A stretch of 64,000 nucleotides of DNA from Promethearchaeota archaeon (GTDB lineage Archaea; Asgardarchaeota; Lokiarchaeia; Sigyniarchaeales; SOKP01), in contig JAEOUA010000002.1 in assembly GCA_016839555.1 (NCBI GenBank), forward strand, positions 1 through 64,000, read 5' to 3'. Both the position numbers and the translations under genes were made by a program. This document shows positions 29,833-39,570 of the stretch, piece after piece (the first letter of the stretch is position 1; each line of letters opens with the position of its first letter). The notes below the pieces were generated by a model. The model was not told the origin of the DNA. It did no database searches and was given only the letters and a program-made list of their open reading frames with translations.

Positions 29833-29962
29833 CTTATTATTAAAATTTTTTATTAAAAAATTTGGTAAAAGTTTTTTGCTTTATTGTTTTATAAATAGAA
29901 ATACAATCTTATTATAAATAAAGGTAAAACAATCTGAATTCTAAATATTGGAGAAATTTTTA

Positions 29963-31438
29963 TTAGGAATTGATTTTCTTATTTAATTTAGTCCCATATT
30001 CATATAACTTTAAGAATGCTTTAGCTGCGATTTTTACTGATGGAAATACAATAAAATCATCATTTATAAGTTTTTCATAGAAGATTTCTCGATTTCTACC
30101 TGGATATTCATGAAGTATAAGGATAAACACTTTATTGTTGGATTCTGTATAATTTTTTATTTTGATTAGATTTTTATAATAGCTCTTGAATCGCTCGTTT
30201 TCTATATCATTCCATGCATCTGTTTCCACAACTACTAAGTCTATATCTTTTTCATCAATGGCGGTTTTACATACTAAGTAATACTCTTCTGTATTGGAAA
30301 TCCAGGGTAAATCGATCGGATTTTTTAGGCTTCCAATTCTCGCAAGATAAATTTTTTCTAATTTCCTTAAAGATTCACCCTCAAAATAGGGCATCTCTAA
30401 TCCTAAATTTGTTAGAATATCCGTTGCCAATATACCAAAACCACCTGACCATAAAATAACAAGTACTTTTTTACCTTTCGGATAATTTGTTTCTTGTTTG
30501 AGCTTTTTAAAACGGTTGATATATTTATAAAATAAATAGGTATAATTGATCAAGCTCTCTAATGAGGGTGGTACTTCAATAATCATTGTTTGTTTATAAA
30601 TTGCATCCCAAATTTTATTTTGTGTAACTATTGAACCTGTATGGGAAATCACGGCGATTTTACCTCTCTCTGTTTTTCCTCCTCTCATAAATAAAACAGG
30701 TTTATTCATGGTTTTTAAAACATTGAACAAATTAATTCCAGCTTTAGGGTGTAAGGGTGAAAATCCCTCAAAATAAACACAAATCAAATCAGTTTCTTCA
30801 TCATTATTGAAATAATCTAAAATTTCTTGGATTTGAATGTCTACACAATTTCCAATACTAATGCCTTTTGAAAAATGAAGATTATATTTATTATTGCTAA
30901 ACTTAATGAATCTTGAATGGAGATCTCCAGATTGAAATATTAAACCGATATTTCCAGATTCAATCGGAAAAGAAGGATAATATGCCACTTTACCCTTTGG
31001 AGAATAAATACCCATACAGTTTGGACCGATAGCTCTTGTGTTTTGTTTTGAATCAAGTAATTGTTTTAATTCGCTTTCAATTTTCATTCCAACCTCATCC
31101 GCTTCTCCTGTACCAGCCGTAAAAATATGGATGAATTTCACATGAATTTCTGAAAATATATCTTCAAGTGAGGGGATTAATAACTCTCTCCTTACTGATA
31201 ATATTAAAAGATCGATGCTTTTTTCGGGTATCTCATCAAACGATTTAAAACATTTTATTCCTGATATTTCATCCTCACTAGAAGAAATTAAGAATAAATT
31301 ATCTAAATCAAATCCTTGTCGTATAAATCCCTCGATGAAGTAATAGATTTTCGATTTCGCTTCATATATTGCTACAGTTTTCGGTTTAAATAAGTAATTT
31401 AAAGATTGATTGTGCTCTTCTGAATTTGTATTATCCAT
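29963..31438 (-). CDS. Acyl-CoA synthetase (NDP-forming) alpha-subunit-like CoA-binding protein
   Basis: LFKPKTVAI, IGPNCMG, FQSG, ISIGN..D, GGKTERG..A..SHTGS (phospho-His), SGGFG...D, NPIDL. Confidence 0.85.
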   Translation of the reverse strand: MDNTNSEEHNQSLNYLFKPKTVAIYEAKSKIYYFIEGFIRQGFDLDNLFLISSSEDEISGIKCFKSFDEIPEKSIDLLILSVRRELLIPSLEDIFSEIHVKFIHIFTAGTGEADEVGMKIESELKQLLDSKQNTRAIGPNCMGIYSPKGKVAYYPSFPIESGNIGLIFQSGDLHSRFIKFSNNKYNLHFSKGISIGNCVDIQIQEILDYFNNDEETDLICVYFEGFSPLHPKAGINLFNVLKTMNKPVLFMRGGKTERGKIAVISHTGSIVTQNKIWDAIYKQTMIIEVPPSLESLINYTYLFYKYINRFKKLKQETNYPKGKKVLVILWSGGFGILATDILTNLGLEMPYFEGESLRKLEKIYLARIGSLKNPIDLPWISNTEEYYLVCKTAIDEKDIDLVVVETDAWNDIENERFKSYYKNLIKIKNYTESNNKVFILILHEYPGRNREIFYEKLINDDFIVFPSVKIAAKAFLKLYEYGTKLNKKINS

Positions 31439-31469
31439 TTTATAAAATCAATTAATATGAGTTGAAAAT

Positions 31470-32489
31470 TTATTTCGGTTTTCTTGAGAAAATCCTTTTT
31501 AGGAACGAAACTTTTTCTTCTTCCACTACCTCCTCTTTTATAATCTTTTCTGGTGCTGCTCCTTTCCAGAAGGGTAAAACTGCCCTGATTCTCTTAATTT
31601 TTTTCAGTTTAAATATTAATAATGTGCATAAATTAATAATTAAAATGTTGGAGATCAAAAGAATCAAACTTCCAAGGGTAAGACCAAAATCACGATAAAC
31701 CAAGGCAAGGCCTACATTGCTCGCAGGGGGCATTAATGATAGTGCAATAGCAATACCTACAATCGAAGATTTTATTTGTCCAGTAACAGTAAAACCTACT
31801 GCAATCCCTCCACATATAGCAATGATGATATCAAACAAATTAGGAAACGTTCTTATCTGCATTTCTGTGGTAGGCTTCGGTAATTGGATAACAAATCTGC
31901 TAAATAATCCTAACAATAATCCCGCGCTTATAGCCATTAATAATCCCACTATTTGGGAAATTAGACTTTTTCTTAAGACCCACTTATTTTTAGTAATGAT
32001 ACTGAAGGATAATCCGAGTATTGGCCCCATTAAAGGAGATAATATCATTGACGCTATTAGAATGATCGCTGAATTCGTCAGAAGCCCAACTCCCGCAATA
32101 ATTGCAGATAAAATGATAAATAAAAAGTAATTGAAAGTAGGTTCTGAGTTCTCTAATATATCTTTTTCTATTTCTTCCACTGAAACTCTCTCTGCTAACT
32201 TCATTTTTCCCTTCATTTTTCCAGTTGGTTCGGTCATATCGAAGCGAGGTATTGTTGTTTCTAAACTCAAGATATCAATTATTCCATAACTTCTTCCTAC
32301 ACCAATTTCGTTTAACTTATCGATAATTTCTGGAACAAATGTCTTTCTGTGTCTTATAGTGATAAGCGTATTAAAATCACTTTTAAGCATTATCATATGC
32401 TTTATTTGAAGATCCTCTTGCAAAACCTTGAGGACTCTTTCAACATTTTCTTCTGGGATATTTGGAATGGTAATTTGAATAAGCCTCAT
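31470..32489 (-). CDS. TIGR00341/DUF389-family membrane protein
   Basis: IAGVGLLTNS..ILIASMILSPLMGPI, GIAIALSLMPP. Confidence 0.88.
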   Translation of the reverse strand: MRLIQITIPNIPEENVERVLKVLQEDLQIKHMIMLKSDFNTLITIRHRKTFVPEIIDKLNEIGVGRSYGIIDILSLETTIPRFDMTEPTGKMKGKMKLAERVSVEEIEKDILENSEPTFNYFLFIILSAIIAGVGLLTNSAIILIASMILSPLMGPILGLSFSIITKNKWVLRKSLISQIVGLLMAISAGLLLGLFSRFVIQLPKPTTEMQIRTFPNLFDIIIAICGGIAVGFTVTGQIKSSIVGIAIALSLMPPASNVGLALVYRDFGLTLGSLILLISNILIINLCTLLIFKLKKIKRIRAVLPFWKGAAPEKIIKEEVVEEEKVSFLKRIFSRKPK

Positions 32490-32713
32490 ATAATATTCAT
32501 CCCTTTATAATTATTCTTTAGAATTGAATTTTATTTTTATTATGAAAACATTAGATTAGAATTAGAATTAAATTATATTTATGCTTTTTGTTTCTATTAA
32601 ATAATTTCTAGTATTAATCTCTAAATTTTAATAATTTGAAAATAAAGCCAATGAAAACTATATTTTATTTTAGAACTATTATAAATCTTAATTAATTTTT
32701 AACTAATAACATA

Positions 32714-33616
32714 TTAAGTTGTTAATCGATCTGTTAAATGATCTTCAAAAGCTTTAAGATTCTTCCAAGAAGTTGCACACCTAATTAATTTACCAGTTTT
32801 TCCTTCTATAGTTCTCCCATCATCTGTTACTACGATTTTTAATTCTTTTATATTTAAAAATTCTTCGGAATATGCTAAATATATCGCAACAGGATCGAAT
32901 AGAGTAGATGTTGTTCTCGCTTCCATCATTTTTTTATAGACTCGTCTTTCTTTTGCCCATAATTTAGTTTGTTCACTAATTATTGAGGGTATAGGATCAT
33001 TATTTCCTATAACTCGGTCAAAATCAGCACCAGAAAGTTTTACTAATCCACAAGTATCTAAGGGGGTTATTGTTTTGTTCCAATCTGAATTAAAAACCTT
33101 TCTACAAGCATCAATATTTTGAGATATATTATATTCCACCGTGATACCTGGCAGATCCTCATAAAACCTTCGGATAGCTCCTTGCATTCCAATAAATCGA
33201 GAATTATTAATAATAGCAGAATTTTTTTTGAGTGCGGAAGCAATATTTCCAAGAGGGCCAATAGCTATTAGATTTACTTTTTCAGGCGAGTGAATTATGG
33301 TATCTATAATTGCAGAAACTCCATCATTAAATATTAATCCATTATATTGAGAGAGATCATAATCCTTTACCCATTTACGTAAAGGCCCTTTAGGTCCTTT
33401 TACCTTAATCCCAATGCCTATGGGGATATCTGTACGATCCACACTTTCAAGGAATTTCGCAACTAATTTTGCCTTAAAAGTAGTATTATGATGAGTGGTT
33501 GTAATTAATTTTACATCCAATTCTGGACATTTTAACAACATCCCAAGCGCCCATGTGTCGTCAATATCACGACCGATATCCGTGTCAAGAATAACAGGCG
33601 TCTTTTTTAAATTCAT
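32714..33616 (-). CDS. Inosine/uridine-preferring nucleoside hydrolase family protein
   Basis: ILDTDIGRDIDD, AIGPLGNIA, EYNI, PLDT, LFDPVA. Confidence 0.9.
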   Translation of the reverse strand: MNLKKTPVILDTDIGRDIDDTWALGMLLKCPELDVKLITTTHHNTTFKAKLVAKFLESVDRTDIPIGIGIKVKGPKGPLRKWVKDYDLSQYNGLIFNDGVSAIIDTIIHSPEKVNLIAIGPLGNIASALKKNSAIINNSRFIGMQGAIRRFYEDLPGITVEYNISQNIDACRKVFNSDWNKTITPLDTCGLVKLSGADFDRVIGNNDPIPSIISEQTKLWAKERRVYKKMMEARTTSTLFDPVAIYLAYSEEFLNIKELKIVVTDDGRTIEGKTGKLIRCATSWKNLKAFEDHLTDRLTT

Positions 33617-33740
33617 ATTTGAAGATTTGTACTTTATTATATTTTAATATTTAGATTCGAATTTATTTTTAAAAAGATAAAAAATTTGGACAAATTAAAA
33701 CAATCTAAAATACGAGCAGCTTTATTACTTGAAGTAAAGA

Positions 33741-33875
33741 TCCATAAGTTTTCAAGATGAAGGTAATAAGCTTTAATCCATCATTATATTTAAAGGTTGA
33801 AAGAAATTTTGGTCCTTTTTTGCGAAGCTCGGGATATGTATCTTGACCAGAATCTTTGTATTTAATATCTAAAAG
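33741..33875 (-). pseudogene. Internal fragment of a GH4 paralog
   Basis: LLDIKYKDSGQDTYPELRKKGPKFL...ITFILKTYG versus VLDIKYKDTGQDAYPEIRKKGPSYL...TKYILEKFG in the intact GH4 at 5480-6778. Confidence 0.85.
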
Positions 33876-34075
33876 TTTTTATTTAATTTTATTTTTTAAA
33901 TTTTCTTTGAAGCATGGGAGGACGATATGGATTTAACTGCTCAACAATTCTCAACTTAGGGTTTTTTAAGTATTGTTAAAAAACAAGACTTAATGTAAGA
34001 TTTATATACTTATCGATATAATAATAAAATGTTAGTTTTAAATAAATAATGCAAGAAATAAAGAATTAATAAAAT

Positions 34076-35491
34076 GTGGTAATTTTGGCAGAAAAAAAAT
34101 CATCTAAAGATGATATTAGAAGATACTCAAAAAAAATCTTGGTTTCTTTTCAACTGGGCAATTTCGTTAATTTATTGATGAGTCAAATGTTTTCGATGCA
34201 ATTGGCGTTTTTTTACCAGAGTATAGTGGGTATTGCAATCACTCTTTATCTCATAGCCCAAGTGATTTATATGCTTTTTAACATGTTCAATGACCCTTTA
34301 ATTGGCTATTTCTGTGATAAATCAACCCGATTCGTTAAAAAATGGGGTAAGCGATTTCCTTGGATCCTCATAGGAGCTATCCCTTATTGTTTCATGGTGA
34401 TTGTCATTTATTCCGCTCCAAAAACAGCCCAAGTGGGACAAATTACCGTTTTTCTATGGTTTTTACTTTCTCAGTGTTTAATGGATACATTTTTTTCGCT
34501 TTATGATATAAATCGCTATGCTCTTTTTCCTGATAAGTTCCGCCATAATAAAGACAGGAGGATTGCTGGGACTATCACGACATATCTTGAAACCTTTGGG
34601 ATAATGGCGGGAGTGATAGTGCCAGTATTAATCATTGATACATTTGGAACTGAGCTGGGATATTTCTACATGTCAATAATTGTAGCATCTATTGCACTTA
34701 TAGCCATGATAGCGATGATTCCGGGAATAAGAGAAGATGAAATAATGATTGAGAGGAGATTGAGCATAGAAAAAGATAAAAAACCTGAACCATTCTTTTC
34801 CAACATGAAATCAACCTTAAAAGATAAAAACTTCATGGGAGTCATGATATTCTTCATCTGTTATTCGGGTTGCATGGGTCTGGTAATGGCATCTCTACCT
34901 TTCGTCGTCAGGGATATCTTACAATTATCGAAGATAGGAGAGCTCTTTGTAATTTTCTACATATTCGCAGTTATCGTAACTACTCCGCTTTGGTATAAAA
35001 TATCCTTCAAAATTGGAATAAAGAGAACAAACATGATTGGAGGAATAATCTTAGGAAGCGTCATGCTTTTGTTTCTCATCATACCACTCGGAGGGCAGGG
35101 AATTCCCATAGCCATTATCGGTTTTCTTGCTGCAGGGAGTGTGGATGGGGCTATCATTACAATGACATGGCCTCTCTTTTCAAGCGTGGTGGACAGAGCA
35201 ACGATTGACACCGGCTCTCGCCGAGAAGGAATTTATCGTGGAACGTGGGTTTTCTTTTCTCGTGTCGCTATTGTAATCCACTCTGCAATTTTTTGGTTTG
35301 TGCAAATTGTTTTCAACTATAATCCCCAAGGTAACAACACCATAGCTCAATTATTAGGCTTAAGAATTCAAGTGGGTGTCTTTCCCATAATTATAATGGG
35401 TATCGGAGTATTATTTTTCTCATTGTTCTACAAAATCTCACAAGAAGAAATGGAAGAGAATACACTTAAACTAAAGGAATTAAAATTGTAA
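34076..35491 (+). CDS. MFS transporter, GPH family
   Basis: FNMFNDPLIG..D, WGKRFPW, LFPDKF, GSRREGIY. Confidence 0.9.
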   Translation: MVILAEKKSSKDDIRRYSKKILVSFQLGNFVNLLMSQMFSMQLAFFYQSIVGIAITLYLIAQVIYMLFNMFNDPLIGYFCDKSTRFVKKWGKRFPWILIGAIPYCFMVIVIYSAPKTAQVGQITVFLWFLLSQCLMDTFFSLYDINRYALFPDKFRHNKDRRIAGTITTYLETFGIMAGVIVPVLIIDTFGTELGYFYMSIIVASIALIAMIAMIPGIREDEIMIERRLSIEKDKKPEPFFSNMKSTLKDKNFMGVMIFFICYSGCMGLVMASLPFVVRDILQLSKIGELFVIFYIFAVIVTTPLWYKISFKIGIKRTNMIGGIILGSVMLLFLIIPLGGQGIPIAIIGFLAAGSVDGAIITMTWPLFSSVVDRATIDTGSRREGIYRGTWVFFSRVAIVIHSAIFWFVQIVFNYNPQGNNTIAQLLGLRIQVGVFPIIIMGIGVLFFSLFYKISQEEMEENTLKLKELKL

Positions 35492-35650
35492 GAAGAGAAG
35501 TTTATAATATCATCGAATGAAATAAGAGAAATCTTGAATAAATCTCATAGAAATCTTTTTATAAACTTTTTTTTTCAATTTTTATTAAAATTTTGAAACT
35601 AAATTTAATTATTATTCATTAAGGTCCTCAAAATCAATGGTAAGTAATAG

Positions 35651-35791
35651 ATGAAATCAACGCTTAAGGTTCGAATTAGTTTAAATGATGCCCATTACGG
35701 GCGTAATCTAGTGGATGGTGCAAAGTTTCTTGAATTATTTAGAGATGTCGCCACCGAACTTCTAATTAAAAATGACGGGTATTTCCTATAA
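35651..35791 (+). pseudogene. kal: Truncated 3-aminobutyryl-CoA ammonia-lyase (Kal, hotdog fold)
   Basis: [43 protein letters not shown] then stop. This matches the Kal N-terminus DAHYGGNLVDGA...[18 protein letters not shown]. Confidence 0.82.
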
Positions 35792-35966
35792 AAAAGCAGC
35801 GAAAATGATCATTTCTCTTTTATCATGCTTTTTGCCATAATTTAAATTATAAAATAATAATGATACTATTGGTCTTTTATTATTTAAATAGAAAAAAATT
35901 TAAATAGAATTTTTAATTTTCAAAATCAAAAGTTATGAATATAGAATACACATCTTAAATACTACC

Positions 35967-36368
35967 ATGTCTGACGAGAAACTAGAAGAAATAAAAAGGA
36001 AGAAATTTGAAGCCTATATGAACATACGTGCTCTGCCTAAAGAAATCGTACATTTAGATACTCCTGAAAGCCTTCGAGATTTGATTAATAAATTTCCTAA
36101 TAAAGTGATTATAATTGATTTTTGGGCACAGTGGTGTGCGCCATGTTTGAGTTTTGGCCCTATTTTTGAAGCATTTCAAAAAGAATATGGAAATACCTTT
36201 ATATTTACTAAAGTTAATGTAGATAATAACCCACAATTAGCTCAACACTTTGGTATTACGGGAATACCAACTACAATCTTTCTTAAAGATGGTAAATTGC
36301 TTCGTAAACAAGTAGGGGCTATGAATTATGAAAGTATGAAATTATTACTTAATAAATTTAAATCGTAA
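35967..36368 (+). CDS. trxA: Thioredoxin
   Basis: DFWAQWCAPC, KVNVD, GIPT. Confidence 0.9.
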   Translation: MSDEKLEEIKRKKFEAYMNIRALPKEIVHLDTPESLRDLINKFPNKVIIIDFWAQWCAPCLSFGPIFEAFQKEYGNTFIFTKVNVDNNPQLAQHFGITGIPTTIFLKDGKLLRKQVGAMNYESMKLLLNKFKS

Positions 36369-36437
36369 CTTAACAAGGTTCCGTATTTCTTTATAATATT
36401 TAAAAATTAGAAAATACTGTTATAAAGGTTTATAAAA

Positions 36438-36905
36438 ATGAAGAGTATATCAGAACAAATAGAAGATTTTGAAAAGAAAGATTATCTAAAGTTAAAGAAA
36501 AGAAATATCTTCAAAAGTGAGAACCTGTTTATGGCAATTCTAGGATTAAATCTACTAGAAACACGAATATTTGCATTTTTATTGAAAAATAAAGATGTAA
36601 GCACCTCTAGAATGACTCAACTTTTCCAGATGGATAGAAGTTCTATTCAAAGAGCCTTAAAAACGCTTATCGATATGGAACTTATAAAAAGAAAATCAAT
36701 GTCCTTAAAACAATATTCAAATTTAAAAAATTTAGACTCAACAACTAAAAGAGGCTATTTATATGCTTATAATGCCTTGGACATTAAAACGATTCAAAAA
36801 CGTATGATTAATTTACTTGATAAATGGTATGAGTCTATGGCTAACTATATTCACGATTTAGACTCGCTATTTGATTGCTATGAAGAAGATGGAAGGCTCT
36901 GCTAA
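36438..36905 (+). CDS. Winged-HTH transcriptional regulator (TrmB/MarR-like)
   Basis: LGLNLLETRIF...DRSSIQRALKTL..MELIKR, RGYLYAY. Confidence 0.8.
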   Translation: MKSISEQIEDFEKKDYLKLKKRNIFKSENLFMAILGLNLLETRIFAFLLKNKDVSTSRMTQLFQMDRSSIQRALKTLIDMELIKRKSMSLKQYSNLKNLDSTTKRGYLYAYNALDIKTIQKRMINLLDKWYESMANYIHDLDSLFDCYEEDGRLC

Positions 36906-37179
36906 ACTTATTTTCTATTTAATCTAAGTCTTGCTAAATATCTCTAATAATCTTTCTCATTTTTCTTTTAAATTACTTTAGATCAAGAGATATAGAAAAT
37001 ACTGCACTATTTTTAAAAATTTAATTAATCGATTGGTCATTAAAAATTTGATTTTGTTACCCTAGAAAACATAAATAAAATTTTATAATAATATCCTTAA
37101 TAAAATTCAGAAGTTAAACAAAAGGAATACTAAATCAGTGAAACTACAAAAAATAATAAAAAAAACAAAAAAAAGTCAG

Positions 37180-37443
37180 TTAGGCACTCTCTAAAATATA
37201 TAGCATACTTCCATGAGGAATGAAAAATCTATCTTTTTCCTTGATGATTACTGTATGAAAATATTCCGCTAACCCCAAAAAACCTCGTATCACACTTTCA
37301 TCCTCTTCGAATAAAAATTTCACATGGACAATTCCATTTTTTGCCGAAATCTTTACCTCATCATACACACGTTCATCAATCAGCGGTATTTTTAACTCAT
37401 TTATGATTTCAAAAACACGTTTTATAAATAATTCAGAACTGAT
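37180..37443 (-). CDS. Small hypothetical protein, probably starting at ATC 37443
   Basis: Frame is open 25 codons upstream of the GTG at 37368 (ISSELFIKRVFEIINELKIPLIDER); AGGTG RBS lies 8 nt before the ATC. Confidence 0.55.
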   Translation of the reverse strand: MSSELFIKRVFEIINELKIPLIDERVYDEVKISAKNGIVHVKFLFEEDESVIRGFLGLAEYFHTVIIKEKDRFFIPHGSMLYILESA

Positions 37444-37832
37444 AAGCCTTGCACCTTTTTTATAATTTTATTTTATTATAGTGATCTTTATAATAAATTA
37501 TTCTAATAGTTATAAAAATCTTATAATTTAGTAATAATAATGAACCACTATATTTATTCATATTTTAATTTTAATCTCTTAATCTTTCTTTAAGAAAAAG
37601 CATTAAACAAATATAAAATTGAGAATATTTCTGTGTTACTATTCTCAAGGTTTCAAGATCTCTATTATAATGGAAAATTGGTGAATAATATTCCTATTTT
37701 GGCTAAAAACTCTTATTTGGCAAATTCTATAGAGATTAAAGCTAATTTGATTATTAATAAACATTTCATAAGGAATAAGAAACAATTAAATAATAAAAAA
37801 AAAGAATTTCAAAAAATTTGGACTTTAGATTT

Positions 37833-39233
37833 TTATGGTTTTATAATATCAGATTTACTTAAGGCCGTGATGGTTTTATCTTTAGGTTCTGGTACAAATA
37901 GGAGTGTAATAAATATTGCGATAAATGCGATTAAACTTATGCTCATTCCTGTTCCAAGAGCCGTCATAGAAACTAGCGGATTTAATAATCTCTCAGTTAT
38001 GCTACCAAATGGATTTAGTGCGTCTGAAATTAATCCCACAAAAAAACCGCCAAATGAAGCCCCTCTTGCGATGGAAAAAATTATCGAATTTGCAGATGCT
38101 CTTAGTTCTGTATCGTATAATTCCGAAGACCATACTCCAAATATCCCGTGCAATCCAAATCCAAGTGCGATTATTATGCTTGTAATTAATAGTGCATTAG
38201 AGTTATAGGCAAAAAAGATAGTTATTGCAAAGATAACTCCACCGGTAATTCCAACGATATTATCTAATCCAAATGCCCTCTTTCTTCCAATATAATCGCT
38301 TAAAAATCCAAAAAAGAACAATCCAATGGCCGCAATAACCATCACAACGAGCATATAAAGTAGAGAAGTTGTTTTAGCCGTAGTACCTCCTGTATATTGG
38401 AAGAAGTTTTGAAAAATTTGAGCGATAAATGTCTCTAAACGAGCTGTAGCCGAAGCAGAAATCTCATTATAAGTAAAAAGATACTGAAAAAACTGAGGAG
38501 CGAGGTCAACCATAGCATGATACGCAGTTTCTGCGAAATAGAACAAAAGGGTTAATAATATGGTTAATTTCACCCATTTTTTACTGAAAATCTCCTTCAC
38601 TCGTAATTTATGCTTTTCCCCTTTCTTTTTTCGAATTTCCTCATATTCAGACCATACTTCAGATTCTGGCAAAGCAATCCAAAATAAGATTAAGAATGGA
38701 AATGGAAATAAAGCCGTTAGAAAGCACCATTGCCACCCTATGGGTCCTAATATCATTGTTATTACAAGAGCGCCAATATATCCCAAAATAAATGTTGAAT
38801 GTACTAATCCCCCGGCAGCACCCCTCTTTTTGGGTGAAAAATATTCTGAGATAATAGAAAATGAGATCCCCCAGGAGACTCCAAGACCACTGCAAAGTCT
38901 TAACACGGCAAAAAGCCAAAACATATTTGCTGGTACTAGAGCAGTTAATGAGGAAAACACTGCATCCCATGCGATTGACAAAATTAACGCCTTCTTCCGT
39001 CCAAAACGGTCGCCTAATTCTCCAAAAAGTACAGCACCCGGTACTGTAAACACAAATTGAAGCGAAATTACTAATCCAATATGCGCGTCTGAAATTCCCA
39101 CAAAATATGCCTGTAACTCAGTAGAGAGAGCGCTAATAAGAACCAGAGAATATCCATCGTGCATCCACGCAATAAACGCAGCCAGTAAAATAACAACAGT
39201 TGTACCCAAAGCTCTTTTGCTTTCTTGTGCCAT
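37833..39233 (-). CDS. MFS transporter (sugar/organic acid type)
   Basis: GELGDRFGRK, SEYFSPKKRG, LPESEVW, SDYIGRK, SELYDTELRA. Confidence 0.9.
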   Translation of the reverse strand: MAQESKRALGTTVVILLAAFIAWMHDGYSLVLISALSTELQAYFVGISDAHIGLVISLQFVFTVPGAVLFGELGDRFGRKKALILSIAWDAVFSSLTALVPANMFWLFAVLRLCSGLGVSWGISFSIISEYFSPKKRGAAGGLVHSTFILGYIGALVITMILGPIGWQWCFLTALFPFPFLILFWIALPESEVWSEYEEIRKKKGEKHKLRVKEIFSKKWVKLTILLTLLFYFAETAYHAMVDLAPQFFQYLFTYNEISASATARLETFIAQIFQNFFQYTGGTTAKTTSLLYMLVVMVIAAIGLFFFGFLSDYIGRKRAFGLDNIVGITGGVIFAITIFFAYNSNALLITSIIIALGFGLHGIFGVWSSELYDTELRASANSIIFSIARGASFGGFFVGLISDALNPFGSITERLLNPLVSMTALGTGMSISLIAFIAIFITLLFVPEPKDKTITALSKSDIIKP

Positions 39234-39570
39234 CTTAAAATCTCACCAATTTTTTTATTAGAAATTAAAAATTATAATTATTAATCTTATAAATTAATTT
39301 CTTATCAGAACATTATTGATTTTCTTACTATATAAGTGTATATTTTCTTTTTAAATGAGAAAAATTTCGAAAATAATAAATAATATATGTTCATTAAAAA
39401 AGCTTTATTTTTAGCTTCTTTCAATTATAAAAAAGGGAAAAAAAAATATCTTTTGATTTCTATATGGGTTTAAGAAATAGTAAAAAGTTTTAATTATTAT
39501 TTTTTTTGAAACCAGCTGGTATCCATCCAGCATCCAGCTAAATAATATTGATTTTGTTTTTAAAAATTTT

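Noticed and set aside
37633-38208. 191-aa plus-strand ORF and other long antisense ORFs (e.g. 31717-32130, 38560-39060, 50817-51200)
   Set aside because: They overlap confident genes on the opposite strand and have no motifs.
39510-39540. Palindrome ACCAGCTGGT followed by CATCCAG x2
   Set aside because: Only two short units and no spacers, so not a CRISPR array; no evidence of function.
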